A stretch of DNA of 64,000 nucleotides, taken from positions 5,749-69,748 of the forward strand of contig JBOFVL010000046.1 of assembly GCA_051653085.1 (NCBI GenBank), read 5' to 3'. The DNA is from Afipia sp. (GTDB lineage Bacteria; Pseudomonadota; Alphaproteobacteria; Rhizobiales; Xanthobacteraceae). The position numbers and the translations under genes are program-made. The notes beneath the pieces are model-generated. The model searched no databases and was not told the origin of the DNA. It saw only the letters and a program-made list of their open reading frames with translations. Shown here piece by piece: positions 9,431 through 19,500 of this stretch. Every line of letters starts with the position of its first letter. The stretch's first letter is position 1.

Positions 9431-10537
9431 CTATTTCCATTTTTGCGAAGTCTTGACCTCGGTCACATGGCCCATTTTGCGGCCCGGGCGGGGTGCGCCT
9501 TTGCCGTACAGATGGACCGTGGCGCCGGGCTTGGTCAGCCAGTTGCCGTAATCAAGGATGTCGTCGCCGATCAGGTTGGTCATGGTGACGTCGCCGTGGC
9601 GGACCGGGTGGGCCAGCGGCCAGCCGGCAATGGCTCGGACATGCTGCTCGAATTGCGATACCGACGCGCCGTCCAGCGTCCAGTGGCCGGAATTGTGCAC
9701 ACGCGGCGCGATCTCGTTGACCAGCAGGGTCGGCCCATCCTTGCCGGGCACCACGAACATCTCCACAGCCAGCACACCGACATAGTCGAGCGCGGCAGCG
9801 ATCCTTTCCGCGATGCTGCGGGCCTGCGCCGCGAGTTCGTCGGAGATGCGCGCGGGGGCATGCGAGAATTTCAGGATGTGGTCGCTGTGCTCGTTCTCGG
9901 TGACGTCGTAGCAGACCACTTCGCCGCCGGCGCTTCGTGCGGCGACGACCGAAATCTCGCGCTCGAACGGCACGAAGGCTTCGAGAATCGCGAAGCGGGT
10001 CTCGAGATCGGCCCACACCGCGTCTGGATCGGCGCCTTCGCGCACCACAACCTGGCCTTTGCCGTCATAGCCGAAGCGCCGGGTCTTGAGCACCGCGGGC
10101 AGGCCGATCCGTCCAATCGCCGCTTTCAGCGCCTGCGCTGAGGAGACGTCGGCATAGCGCGCGGTGCCGATGCCGAGCTTGGTGACGAAGTCCTTTTCGG
10201 CGAGCCGGTCCTGCGTGGTCTCGAGCACCTTCGGGTCCGGCAGCACCGGCCGGCGGGCGGACAGGATCATCGCCGTCGAAGACGGAATGTTCTCGAACTC
10301 ATAGGTGATGACGTCGACGTCGGAGGCGAACAGTTCCAGCGCCTCGACATCGGCATATTCCGCGCAGGTCGCGTTCTGCACCACCTCGAAGGCCGGCGAA
10401 TCCGGGTCCGGAGAAAACACCTGCGCCCGCAGGCCGAGGCGCGCGGCGGCCAGCGCGAGCATCCTGCCCAATTGGCCGCCGCCAAGAATTCCGATGGTGT
10501 CGCCTGGTTTCAGCGTCACCCGACTTGAAGATGTCAC
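9431..10537 (-). CDS. purK: N5-CAIR synthetase
   Basis: [37 protein letters not shown]; overlaps purE stop. Confidence 0.96.
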   Translation of the reverse strand: MTSSSRVTLKPGDTIGILGGGQLGRMLALAAARLGLRAQVFSPDPDSPAFEVVQNATCAEYADVEALELFASDVDVITYEFENIPSSTAMILSARRPVLPDPKVLETTQDRLAEKDFVTKLGIGTARYADVSSAQALKAAIGRIGLPAVLKTRRFGYDGKGQVVVREGADPDAVWADLETRFAILEAFVPFEREISVVAARSAGGEVVCYDVTENEHSDHILKFSHAPARISDELAAQARSIAERIAAALDYVGVLAVEMFVVPGKDGPTLLVNEIAPRVHNSGHWTLDGASVSQFEQHVRAIAGWPLAHPVRHGDVTMTNLIGDDILDYGNWLTKPGATVHLYGKGAPRPGRKMGHVTEVKTSQKWK

Positions 10538-11025
10538 TTAGCTTCGTCCTCTGGGCGCTCGCTCACGGCCTCGGTCTGCTGTTTGCGCCATGCCGCAAGC
10601 CGGGTTGCAAGGCCGGCATCGTTGAGTGCCAGCACGCTTGCAGCGAGTAGGGCGGCATTGATAGCGCCGGACTTTCCTATCGCCAAGGTGCCGACCGGAA
10701 TTCCGGCGGGCATTTGCACAATGGAATGCAGCGAATCCACGCCGGAGAGCGCCTTGGATTCCACCGGCACGCCGAATACCGGAAGTTCCGTCAGGGCGGC
10801 GGCCATGCCGGGCAGATGAGCCGCGCCGCCGGCGCCTGCGATGATGACCTTAAAGCCGGCCGCCTTGGCCCCCTTGGCGAAGGTGTAGAGCCGCTCGGGG
10901 GTGCGGTGCGCCGAGACGATCCGAGCCTCGTGCGGGACGCCGAGCGTGGTCAGGGTTTCTGCGGCGTGGCGCATGGTGGCCCAGTCGGACTGGCTTCCCA
11001 TGATGATGGCGACGGGGGCTGTCAT
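10534..11025 (-). CDS. purE: N5-CAIR mutase
   Basis: [27 protein letters not shown]. Confidence 0.97.
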   Translation of the reverse strand: MTAPVAIIMGSQSDWATMRHAAETLTTLGVPHEARIVSAHRTPERLYTFAKGAKAAGFKVIIAGAGGAAHLPGMAAALTELPVFGVPVESKALSGVDSLHSIVQMPAGIPVGTLAIGKSGAINAALLAASVLALNDAGLATRLAAWRKQQTEAVSERPEDEAK

Positions 11026-11091
11026 TCGGAATCTTTAAAAAGGGGCCGAAAAAAGAGGGCGGATTATAGGGTTGCGTCCCTGCGTGGCAAG

Positions 11092-11256
11092 CTAGTGCGG
11101 TGGTTCGCAAGTCCGCATCATGTCTACAGCGCGATCCTTTGCGGACTTGCGAACCAAAACCACACTAGAATCTATAATTTCTGGTGTCCTTTTAAATCCG
11201 AAGTTCGCTTTGGAAGGTGCTGCAAAATGAGGCGAACTTCGGATTTAGGACACCAG
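11092..11256. repeat. Doublet of CTAG-ended bulged hairpin elements (units A 11092-11168, B 11181-11256)
   Basis: Each unit: 10-bp outer arm, 3-nt one-sided insertion (AAA or TTT), 15-16-bp perfect inner arm; units inverted relative to each other, 12-nt spacer. Confidence 0.85.
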
Positions 11257-11283
11257 CGCGAATCCGTTATGGTTTCATGGTCA

Positions 11284-12024
11284 ATGGCGGGGCGGAAATT
11301 GAAGAAACGGGGCAGGAAGACGGCAACGCGGCGCCTGGCGGCGAAGAAGCCGCAGAAGCGTGCCGTTAAGCCCCATAGCAAGGCGGCTGCCAAACCCAAA
11401 CCCAAACCCAAACCCAAACGCAAGCCCAAGAAGCCAGCAGCGGCTTCGTCGTCGGCCAGGACCCGGCGGCAGCTCGCAGCCCTGAAAGCGGAACTCATCG
11501 CTGCGCAGGCCCGGATCGATGAGCTTCAGGCCTGGGCCGACACCGACTTTTTGCTGAACATCTACAACCGCCGCGGCTTCGAACGGGAACTCGACCGGTC
11601 GATCGCCTACATCCGGCGCTACAAGGCGACCGGTGCCCTGATCGTACTCGACGTCGATCGCCTGAAGCCGATCAACGACACGTTCGGTCACGCGGCGGGC
11701 GATGTGGTGCTGAAAGGCGCGGTCGCGGTCCTGATGCGCCACGTCCGATCGTCGGATGTGGTGGGGCGGCTCGGCGGTGACGAGTTCGGACTGCTGCTGT
11801 GGAATCTGACGGAAGCCGATGCGCTGGCGAAGGCGTCGGCGCTGGAAGAGGCCATCGACCGGCTCACATTCGTGTTCAAGGGCCGCCCCGTGGTTGCGGG
11901 CGCATCTGCAGGCGTCGCAGTGATCGGTGCGACGGATGCGGCGGCAGATGTCATGGAGGCGGCAGACCGCGCGATGTATGCGCGAAAGGCCGCGCGCCGG
12001 GGCCGCTCATTGGCGGCGCTTTAA
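11284..12024 (+). CDS. Diguanylate cyclase (GGDEF) with basic Lys/Pro-rich N-terminus
   Basis: GRLGGDEF, RxxD I-site (RSSD) five residues upstream, DxLTxxxNRR-like 'DFLLNIYNRR'. Start uncertain (11269 or 11284). Confidence 0.9.
   Translation: MAGRKLKKRGRKTATRRLAAKKPQKRAVKPHSKAAAKPKPKPKPKRKPKKPAAASSSARTRRQLAALKAELIAAQARIDELQAWADTDFLLNIYNRRGFERELDRSIAYIRRYKATGALIVLDVDRLKPINDTFGHAAGDVVLKGAVAVLMRHVRSSDVVGRLGGDEFGLLLWNLTEADALAKASALEEAIDRLTFVFKGRPVVAGASAGVAVIGATDAAADVMEAADRAMYARKAARRGRSLAAL
11392..11419 (+). repeat. In-frame (AAACCC)4 microsatellite encoding KPKPKPKPK
   Basis: aaacccaaacccaaacccaaacccaaac read directly. Confidence 0.9.
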
Positions 12025-12044
12025 ACGCCCGAGCGTTTCGATTG

Positions 12045-12251
12045 TCAGGCGATGATGTCGGGTGTGATCTGGTCTTCGATGAAGGCGATGCGGTCACGCA
12101 ATTGCAGCTTGCGTTTTTTCAGGCGCTGCAATCTGAGCAGGTCCGGCGCCGGCGATAGATGCAGCGCCTCGATGGCGGCATCCAGATCGCGGTGCTCCTG
12201 CTGTAACCGCGCCAGCTCCAGAGCGAATTCGTTGTTGTCCTGCTCTGCCAT
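12045..12251 (-). CDS. DUF465 (YdcH-like) small coiled-coil protein
   Basis: EHRDLDAAIEAL...RLKKRKLQLRDRI...PDIIA. Confidence 0.85.
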   Translation of the reverse strand: MAEQDNNEFALELARLQQEHRDLDAAIEALHLSPAPDLLRLQRLKKRKLQLRDRIAFIEDQITPDIIA

Positions 12252-12499
12252 GACTTTCGATAAGTAAATGGGTCAGACTCTCAGCAAGTCTTACCGGATG
12301 TGTCCCGCCTGATGGTCATTGCAGAAAATTGTTACCAGTTCCAGCAACGGTATCGCGGGACTGGTTCCCTCACAATTCGTTTCCATTGACCACAAAATTT
12401 AGGCTGGGCGATTTCATTCCGTTGTCGACAGATGCCGCTGCTCATGTACACTTCCTTGTCCAGATCCAATCTGAGGTCCACTCACAAAGGAGACTTCTT

Positions 12500-12676
12500 A
12501 TGGCGATTCAGGCGCATCTCGTTGAACTGGAACGGAAACACGAAGTTCTGGAAAACGAATTGCACGATGCTCTGCAGCATCTTTCCACCGACGACCTCCA
12601 TATTATCGAACTGAAGCGCCGCAAACTGGTGCTCAAAGATCAGATCCAGCGTATCAAGCTCGCTACGGTCCACTGA
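12500..12676 (+). CDS. DUF465 (YdcH-like) small coiled-coil protein
   Basis: MAIQAHLVELERKHEVLE...ELKRRKLVLKDQI; AAGGAG RBS; divergent from the other DUF465 gene. Confidence 0.85.
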   Translation: MAIQAHLVELERKHEVLENELHDALQHLSTDDLHIIELKRRKLVLKDQIQRIKLATVH

Positions 12677-12775
12677 TCTCCCTGCGGAATCCTCCCGGAA
12701 GTTCAAGACGATGCTCGTAACGGCAACATTTGGCCGTTGCGAGGCCGTCGTTGCGCGGATGCGCTCTACGATTTG

Positions 12776-12823
12776 GAACACGATCGGACGCAAAACCGGT
12801 TCCCACTTTTGCTGATCGCGCTC
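12776..12823. repeat. Short palindromic intergenic repeat (AAAAGTGG-AACCGG family), reverse orientation
   Basis: gaacacgatcggacgcaaaaccggttcccacttttgctgatcgcgctc; its reverse complement resembles 49971-50017. Confidence 0.6.
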
Positions 12824-13933
12824 CTAAGTCCGCACTCCGGCGAGGCGAGCCACCTCGTCTGCAATGGCGAGGGATGAGGTCAGGCCGGGCGATTCAATTC
12901 CGAACAGATTGACCAGTCCTGCGACACTATGCGCCTGCGGCCCCTGGATCACAAAATCCTGCCGGGCCACTGCAGGGGGCACGATCTTGGGCCGGATTCC
13001 GGCATAGCTCGGGATCAGCGCGCCATCCGGCAGCGTCGGCCAGTAACGCCGGATCGCGGGGTAAAACCGTTCCGCCCGCGCCGGGTTCACAGCATAATCG
13101 ATTTCGTCGATCCATTCCACGTCGGGGCCGAATTTCGCCTGCCCCCCGAGATCGATGGTGAGGTGCACGCCGAGGCCGCCCGGCTCCGGCACCGGATAGA
13201 TCAGCCGCGAGAACGGCGCGCGCGCGCTGCAACTGAAGTAATTTCCCTTGGCGTAGTAGATGTTCGGGATGAGGTCGGTCGGCATGTCGTCGATGGTGCG
13301 CGCGATCGCCGGTGCTGCGAGCCCGGCGGAATTGATCAGCAGCCGACATTGCAGTGTCATCGGGCTATCGCCGCCGATCTCGACCTCAAAACCTTCCGGC
13401 ACGGCTTTGGCGCGCAGCAGCGGCGCATGAAATGCAAGCGCGCCGCCGGCGTCTTCGATCTCCCCGCGCAGCGCCAGCATGAAGGCGTGGCTGTCGACGA
13501 TGCCAGTGGACGGCGACAGCAAGGCGCCGGTGCAATTCAACGCGGGTTCGAGCGCGCGCGCCTCTGCTCCGGACAACATCTGCAGATCGTCGACGCCGTT
13601 GGCTGCGGCATGCGACCTGATCGAAGCCAGCTTTTCATCCTCGCTGTCCGCCGTCGCCACGATCAGTTTGCCGCAACGCCGGTACGGCACGCCGTGCTCG
13701 TCGCAGTATGTGTAGAGCATCTGCTTCCCGGCGACGCACATCCGCGCCATCAGGCTGCCCGCGGGATAATAAATTCCGGCGTGGATCACTTCGCTGTTGC
13801 GCGACGATGTCCCGGTCCCGATGTCTCCAGCGGCCTCGACGACTACAACCTCGAGGCCGGATTGCGCCAGACGCCGCGCAGCGGCAAGACCGACAACGCC
13901 CGCGCCGACGACAACACACTCAATCCTGTCCAT
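12824..13933 (-). CDS. FAD-dependent oxidoreductase, L-2-hydroxyglutarate oxidase (LhgO) family
   Basis: VVGAGVVG Rossmann motif, [26 protein letters not shown]. Confidence 0.88.
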   Translation of the reverse strand: MDRIECVVVGAGVVGLAAARRLAQSGLEVVVVEAAGDIGTGTSSRNSEVIHAGIYYPAGSLMARMCVAGKQMLYTYCDEHGVPYRRCGKLIVATADSEDEKLASIRSHAAANGVDDLQMLSGAEARALEPALNCTGALLSPSTGIVDSHAFMLALRGEIEDAGGALAFHAPLLRAKAVPEGFEVEIGGDSPMTLQCRLLINSAGLAAPAIARTIDDMPTDLIPNIYYAKGNYFSCSARAPFSRLIYPVPEPGGLGVHLTIDLGGQAKFGPDVEWIDEIDYAVNPARAERFYPAIRRYWPTLPDGALIPSYAGIRPKIVPPAVARQDFVIQGPQAHSVAGLVNLFGIESPGLTSSLAIADEVARLAGVRT

Positions 13934-14136
13934 CGATGGTCCGCTTTGCTGGATAAGTTCGTTTCTTGCTCATTTTATATCCAGCGCTGCGCACTGTGAG
14001 TGATTCGACGTTAGGACGTTGTTAAGCATAGACGGCCAATTGCCCGCATTTAAGTCACATTTCGCCCGAGGAAGAGTACGCGTTTACCCGATTTAGACGG
14101 GTACAACCAGAGAGTGTCCGCGAAGAATTCCGCGGA

Positions 14137-16854
14137 ATGGTAATGACCGGCTGGCAGAAGCAAGCACGAGCGACCGCAGCGAGCCCGGCCGGGATCGCTG
14201 TGTGCCTTTACGCCTCAACTTTCGCGTGCGGGAGCGCGACCGCGCAGATCGTCGCCAATCCTGACGGTACTTTTTCGGCGTTGTCGACGGAAAGCATGCA
14301 GACCGCCATGATATGGCAGTTGTTGATCGGCGGCTTCGTGGTCGTCGCGTTTCTGGCTTCAGTCATCCTCTGGATATCGACTGCGTTACGGCGCGCGCGG
14401 CACGCCAATATCCGGCGCGCCGCCTTTGTCTCCAGCGCTCTCAATAATCTGACCCAGGGTATTGTCATGGTCGATGCGCACAGGCGCATCGTGTTCTGCA
14501 ATGATCGTTACCTTGAAATCTATGGGCTGGACCGTTTCGATCTGTTCCCTGGAATGAAGGGTCCCGATCTTGTGGAGTTGAGGAGGCAGCGTGGCTCGAT
14601 CGACGTATCGGTCGATGATTACTACCGTCATGTGGCCCACCCAGACGGCTATGTTTGCGACCTCCGCGATAGCCGCTCGATCCTGATCAAGCACCGGAAG
14701 CTGGCCAATGGCGGATTGGTGTCCACCCACGAGGACTGTACCGATCAACGCAAGCTCGCCAAGGAGCTTGCAAAGAACAGGAATTTCCTCGAATCGGTGA
14801 TCGACAACATTCCGGTCTGCGTCGCGGCCAAGAGCATCGACGATGGCCGTTATATCGTAGCCAATCGTGCGTTCGAGCAATTCGCTGGCGTCAGCCGCGA
14901 CCAGATCATCGGCAACACCGCCACCAGCGTTTATTTGCCCGAAGCTGCACAGATGGTTGCGGAGGCCGATCAGGCGGCGGTCGATTCACCCACGGGCCAG
15001 ACGCGCACTGAACTGCTCATCGAGCATGGTGGCAGCATGCGGCTGGTGGCGTGCAATCGCGTGATTGCGCGCAATGAGAAGAACGAACCTGAATTCCTCG
15101 TGTCCCTGTTCGAGGACGTCACCGACCGCAGGTCGCTGTCGCGCGAAATCCAGAGTGCGAAGAAATTTCTGGAACTAGTGGTCGACAACATCCCGGTCGC
15201 GCTGATCGTCAAGCGGCTGAGCGACGGCCAGTATGTTCTCGCAAATCGCGCCGCCGAAACCACGCTGAGCTGCCAGCGCGAGGACGTCGTCGGCCGCACC
15301 CTCGAGGACATTTACAATCCGGCGGATGCGCGATTCATCCTCAAGCGTGACGAGGATGCCGTTCGCAAGAAGGGCATCGTTACCGAAGAACATCCAATTC
15401 AGACCCCTAATGGGCTGCGCTTGTTCCTGACGCGGCGCGTTACCGTCCTCGACGAGAACGGCGAGCCGCAATATCTCATCAAGACCAACGAGGATGTCAC
15501 GGATCGCCGCGAGACGGAATCGCGCATGGCCCATATGGCCTACCACGACTCTCTGACTGATCTGCCGAACCGCGCGGCTTTCCTGCTTGCTTTGTCGCAG
15601 ATGATCGAGGCTTGCAAGGACACCACCGAGGAATTCGCCGTGCTGTCGATCGATCTCGATCGCCTCAAGGAGATCAACGATGTGTTCGGCCATGAGGTTG
15701 GCGACAAGCTGCTGATCGAAGTGTCGCGCAGGCTCGAGAGGGCCGTGCAGGGCGGCGTGGTATCGCGACTGAGCGGCGACGAATTCGGATTGATCATCGA
15801 CGGCGTTCAGCCGGACGCGGCGCAGGAGCTTGCGAATCGTCTACTGGAGACGATGCGCGACGAAATCGTGATCGACGGCCGCTCGCATCGTATGGGGCTG
15901 ACGACGGGTATTTCCATCTTCCCCCGCAACGGCAGCACCGCGGCGGAATTGCTGGCTAATGCCGACGCCGCGCTGTTCCGGGCCAAGGCAAAATCCCGCG
16001 GCTCCGTCAGCGTCTTCGCCGCGGAAATGGACCAGCAGGTGCGTGACCGCCGCGCGCTACATCAGGATCTGTCGACCGCGATCCGGAACGGCGAATTGTC
16101 GCTGCATTACCAGCCGCAGGCGCGCGCGCGCCACAAGATCAGCACCGATCACGTTCTCGGCTTCGAAGCACTGGCACGCTGGGTCCATCCTGTGCGCGGT
16201 TTCGTCCCGCCGAGCGATTTCATTCCGCTGGCCGAAGAAAGCGGTCTGATCGTCGAGATGGGCGAGTGGATTCTGCGTGAGGCATGCCGTGAGGCGGCGG
16301 CGTGGCCGAGGGATCTGCAGATTTCGGTCAACCTGTCGCCTGCGCAGTTCATGCACGGCGATCTCGTCGGTCTGGTGCACTCCATCCTGATCGAGACCGG
16401 CCTCGCGCCCGGCCGGCTTGAGCTGGAAATCACCGAAGGCGTGCTGATCGAAGATTTCGACCGCGGGTTGTCGCTGTTGCGACGGCTGAAGGCGCTTGGC
16501 GTACGGATCGCGATGGACGACTTCGGCAGCGGCTATTCCTCGCTGACCTACCTGCAGTCGTTCCCGTTCGACAAGATCAAGATCGACCGCGCCTTCGTGA
16601 TGAATCTCGGACGCAACACCCAATCCGCGGCAATCATCCGGGCCATGATCGGGCTCGGCCACGGCCTCAATATTTCCATCGTCGCCGAAGGCGTCGAAAC
16701 CCAGGAACAACTCAGCTTCCTCGCCGACGAGGCCTGCGACCAGGTGCAGGGTTATTTCCTCGGCAAGCCTGCGCCGATTGTCGATTACGCGGAATGGATC
16801 GGCCGGGAAAGGCCCGCCTCAGGCATCATCAAAATCCCTCGCAAGGTCGGTTAG
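14137..16854 (+). CDS. Membrane-anchored multi-PAS GGDEF-EAL protein
   Basis: TM segment, three PAS-like repeats, 'HDSLTDLPNR', SGDEF variant, EAL motif 'FEALARW', 'MDDFGSGYSSL'. Confidence 0.92.
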   Translation: MVMTGWQKQARATAASPAGIAVCLYASTFACGSATAQIVANPDGTFSALSTESMQTAMIWQLLIGGFVVVAFLASVILWISTALRRARHANIRRAAFVSSALNNLTQGIVMVDAHRRIVFCNDRYLEIYGLDRFDLFPGMKGPDLVELRRQRGSIDVSVDDYYRHVAHPDGYVCDLRDSRSILIKHRKLANGGLVSTHEDCTDQRKLAKELAKNRNFLESVIDNIPVCVAAKSIDDGRYIVANRAFEQFAGVSRDQIIGNTATSVYLPEAAQMVAEADQAAVDSPTGQTRTELLIEHGGSMRLVACNRVIARNEKNEPEFLVSLFEDVTDRRSLSREIQSAKKFLELVVDNIPVALIVKRLSDGQYVLANRAAETTLSCQREDVVGRTLEDIYNPADARFILKRDEDAVRKKGIVTEEHPIQTPNGLRLFLTRRVTVLDENGEPQYLIKTNEDVTDRRETESRMAHMAYHDSLTDLPNRAAFLLALSQMIEACKDTTEEFAVLSIDLDRLKEINDVFGHEVGDKLLIEVSRRLERAVQGGVVSRLSGDEFGLIIDGVQPDAAQELANRLLETMRDEIVIDGRSHRMGLTTGISIFPRNGSTAAELLANADAALFRAKAKSRGSVSVFAAEMDQQVRDRRALHQDLSTAIRNGELSLHYQPQARARHKISTDHVLGFEALARWVHPVRGFVPPSDFIPLAEESGLIVEMGEWILREACREAAAWPRDLQISVNLSPAQFMHGDLVGLVHSILIETGLAPGRLELEITEGVLIEDFDRGLSLLRRLKALGVRIAMDDFGSGYSSLTYLQSFPFDKIKIDRAFVMNLGRNTQSAAIIRAMIGLGHGLNISIVAEGVETQEQLSFLADEACDQVQGYFLGKPAPIVDYAEWIGRERPASGIIKIPRKVG

Positions 16855-16921
16855 CCCTTCATCGCCCTAGATATCCGCAAGGCTTGACTCACGATGATCG
16901 TCGTCGGAGATCATCAGCGGT

Positions 16922-18403
16922 ATGGCTGATGTGGACATCGCGATCATCGGGGGCGGCCTTAACGGCGTGAGCATCGCGCGCGACGCTGCTGGACGCGGCC
17001 TGCGGGTCGTGTTGTTCGAGCAGAACGACCTCGGCGGTGGCGCGGCACTGGCGTCTCCCCACCTGATGCACGGCAATTTCATCGATCTCGAACGAGGACA
17101 TGCATTGCGGGTCCGCCGTGCACTGACCGAACGCGACATCGCGTTGCGCACCGCGCCGCATCTGGTGCGGCCGAGGCGCTTTGTCCTGCCGGTTCATGCC
17201 GACGAGCGCCCGCCGGCCATGCTGCGCGCGGGCCTCTATGCCTACGACCGCCTTGCGCCGAAGGGCGATCTGCCCCGTTCCGAGGCCCTGGATCTCACCA
17301 TTCACGAAGCCGGGCATCCGCTGAAACGCTCGCTCGGGCTGGCGCTGGCCTGGTCCGATTGCACGGTGGATGAATCGCGGCTCGTCGTTCTCAATGCGGT
17401 GGATGCCGCCGTGCGCGGCGCTGCGATCCGGACCGGTGCGCGCTGCGTGTGGGCCGAGCGCTCCGATGTCTGGAGGTTGGCCGTGGTCAATCGCGGCCAT
17501 CGCGAGAACGTCACCGCGCGGGCGCTGGTGAATGCGAGCGGGGCATGGACGCGCTCCGTCGCTGAAAGCGTCTTGCATTTGCCCGCGGTTCAAGCGAGCT
17601 TTGCAAAAGTCAGCCAGATCGTCGTGAAGCGGATGTTCGATCGTGACGACGTTTACGTGCTCCAGAACGGCGACCGCCGGATGATCTACGCCATTCCGTA
17701 TCACCGCGATTTCACCTTGATCGGGACATCCGAACGCAGCTTCGACGGCGATCCGGCGGTGATGGCGGCAGGGGCCAGCGACATCGCCTACCTCTGTGCA
17801 GCGGTCAGCCGCTATTTTCGCGAGCGGATTGAGCCAGCCGATGTTGTTCACGCGATGGCTGGCGGTCACATGGCCGCCGGTCGTGAGGGTTTCATGAAGC
17901 TGGACCGCAAGTCCGGCAAGGCGCCGCTGCTGACCGTGATTGGCGGCGTTACCACCGGCGCACGGCGTCGCGCGGAGATCGCACTTGCGCGGCTCACATC
18001 GTTTTTCAAGGCCTCGCCGGATTCGATACGGCCGTGGACCGCTCGCTCGCCGTTGCCCGGCGGCGATTTTGAATCAACCAATTCTCAGATTGATTCCTGG
18101 GATGTGCTTGACGATCAGGTTGCGCATACACGCAAGCGCTGGGCTTTCCTGAGCGAGCGTCATGCCCAACGGCTCGTCGCTGCGTACGGCACGCGGGTAG
18201 AACAGATTCTGGGTGCGGCAAAAAGCATGGATGACCTCGGCCCCGTGTTCGGCGATGACCTCACCGGCTCGGAGGTGCGCTATTTGATGACCACGGAATT
18301 TGTTCGCTTTGCTGACGATGTTTTGTGGCGACGCTCGAAACTCGGCCTGACGATGTCGCGGCAGGATCGCGCGGCGCTTGAAACATTCATGGCTGCGGCA
18401 TGA
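16922..18403 (+). CDS. GlpD-like FAD-dependent oxidoreductase with degenerate substrate motifs
   Basis: IIGGGLNGVSIARDAAGRGL, VNASGAW, IGTSE, RRSKLGL match GlpD; see finding for altered motifs. Confidence 0.8.
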   Translation: MADVDIAIIGGGLNGVSIARDAAGRGLRVVLFEQNDLGGGAALASPHLMHGNFIDLERGHALRVRRALTERDIALRTAPHLVRPRRFVLPVHADERPPAMLRAGLYAYDRLAPKGDLPRSEALDLTIHEAGHPLKRSLGLALAWSDCTVDESRLVVLNAVDAAVRGAAIRTGARCVWAERSDVWRLAVVNRGHRENVTARALVNASGAWTRSVAESVLHLPAVQASFAKVSQIVVKRMFDRDDVYVLQNGDRRMIYAIPYHRDFTLIGTSERSFDGDPAVMAAGASDIAYLCAAVSRYFRERIEPADVVHAMAGGHMAAGREGFMKLDRKSGKAPLLTVIGGVTTGARRRAEIALARLTSFFKASPDSIRPWTARSPLPGGDFESTNSQIDSWDVLDDQVAHTRKRWAFLSERHAQRLVAAYGTRVEQILGAAKSMDDLGPVFGDDLTGSEVRYLMTTEFVRFADDVLWRRSKLGLTMSRQDRAALETFMAAA

Positions 18404-19500
18404 CGGCGGTCCGGCCTTCGTTGCTGCGTGTCAGTTCGGTAGTGAAGCGCTTCGGCGGCGTCACGGCGGTGGACGATCTGTCGCTCGACATAGCAGCCGG
18501 TGAGTTCTTCGCGCTGCTGGGCCCGAGCGGTTGCGGCAAGACCACGCTGCTGCGCATGCTGGCGGGATTTGAGACGCCCGACGCGGGTGCGATTTATCTC
18601 GACGGTTCGGACATCGCGCATGTGCTGCCGCACGAGCGGCCCGTGAACATGATGTTCCAGAACTACGCGCTGTTTCCGCACCTTACCGTCGAGAGCAACA
18701 TTGCGTTCGGCCTCAAGCGCGCAGGGCTTCCGAAAGACGAGATCGCGGCGCGCGTCGCCGAGATGATCGCGCTGGTGCGTCTCGATGGCTTGCAGGCACG
18801 GCGTCCGGACCAGCTCTCCGGCGGGCAACGCCAGCGCGTGGCGCTGGCGCGCTCGCTCGCGCGGCGGCCGCAGGTGCTGCTGCTTGACGAGCCGTTGGCG
18901 GCACTCGACAAGAAACTGCGCGAGGGTACGCAGGCGGAGCTGATGCAGGTGCAGCGCCGGCTCGGGATGACTTTCATCATCGTCACCCACGATCAGGAAG
19001 AGGCGATGACGGTCGCAGACCGCATCGGGGTGATGGACAAGGGGCGCCTGGTACAGGTCGCGCCGCCGCGCGAACTCTACGAAGCGCCGAATTCGCGCTG
19101 GATCGCAGGCTTTGTCGGCGACATCAATCTGATCGAAGGGCAGGTTGCGGCGCGGCAATTCGGGCATTTCACCATTGTCGCGCAGGATGCAGGCACGATC
19201 GTTGCGTCACACGCGCCGTCGTCCGCGATAGGCAATGTTTGCGTTGCCATTCGCCCCGAGAAAATCCGCCTGTCGAAACCGGCGCGGGATGCGGCTGCAT
19301 CCGTCAATACGTTCGCAGGGGTTCTCACCTCCACCGGATTTCTCGGCGGCGTGTCGGTCTACAGTGTGAAGCTCGATCAGGGAGCGGTGCTTCGGGTCGC
19401 AATGGCCAATGCTACGCGCGCGGCCGCCGATGGTTTTACGGCCGGGCAGCGGGTGAATCTGTCGTTCTCGCCCGACGATGTCGTGGTGCTGGATCGATGA
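18400..19500 (+). CDS. Polyamine ABC transporter ATPase (PotA/PotG family)
   Basis: GPSGCGKTT, LSGGQRQR, LLLDEP, TOBE-like C-terminus. Confidence 0.92.
   Translation: MTAVRPSLLRVSSVVKRFGGVTAVDDLSLDIAAGEFFALLGPSGCGKTTLLRMLAGFETPDAGAIYLDGSDIAHVLPHERPVNMMFQNYALFPHLTVESNIAFGLKRAGLPKDEIAARVAEMIALVRLDGLQARRPDQLSGGQRQRVALARSLARRPQVLLLDEPLAALDKKLREGTQAELMQVQRRLGMTFIIVTHDQEEAMTVADRIGVMDKGRLVQVAPPRELYEAPNSRWIAGFVGDINLIEGQVAARQFGHFTIVAQDAGTIVASHAPSSAIGNVCVAIRPEKIRLSKPARDAAASVNTFAGVLTSTGFLGGVSVYSVKLDQGAVLRVAMANATRAAADGFTAGQRVNLSFSPDDVVVLDR

Noticed and set aside
11092-11256. Classical integron attC interpretation of the bulged hairpins
   Set aside because: They lack RYYYAAC/GTTRRRY cores and there is no integron integrase or cassette array; only the architecture is analogous.
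14137-16854. SGDEF variant as an inactive cyclase
   Set aside because: SGDEF enzymes can be active; sequence alone does not support a claim either way.
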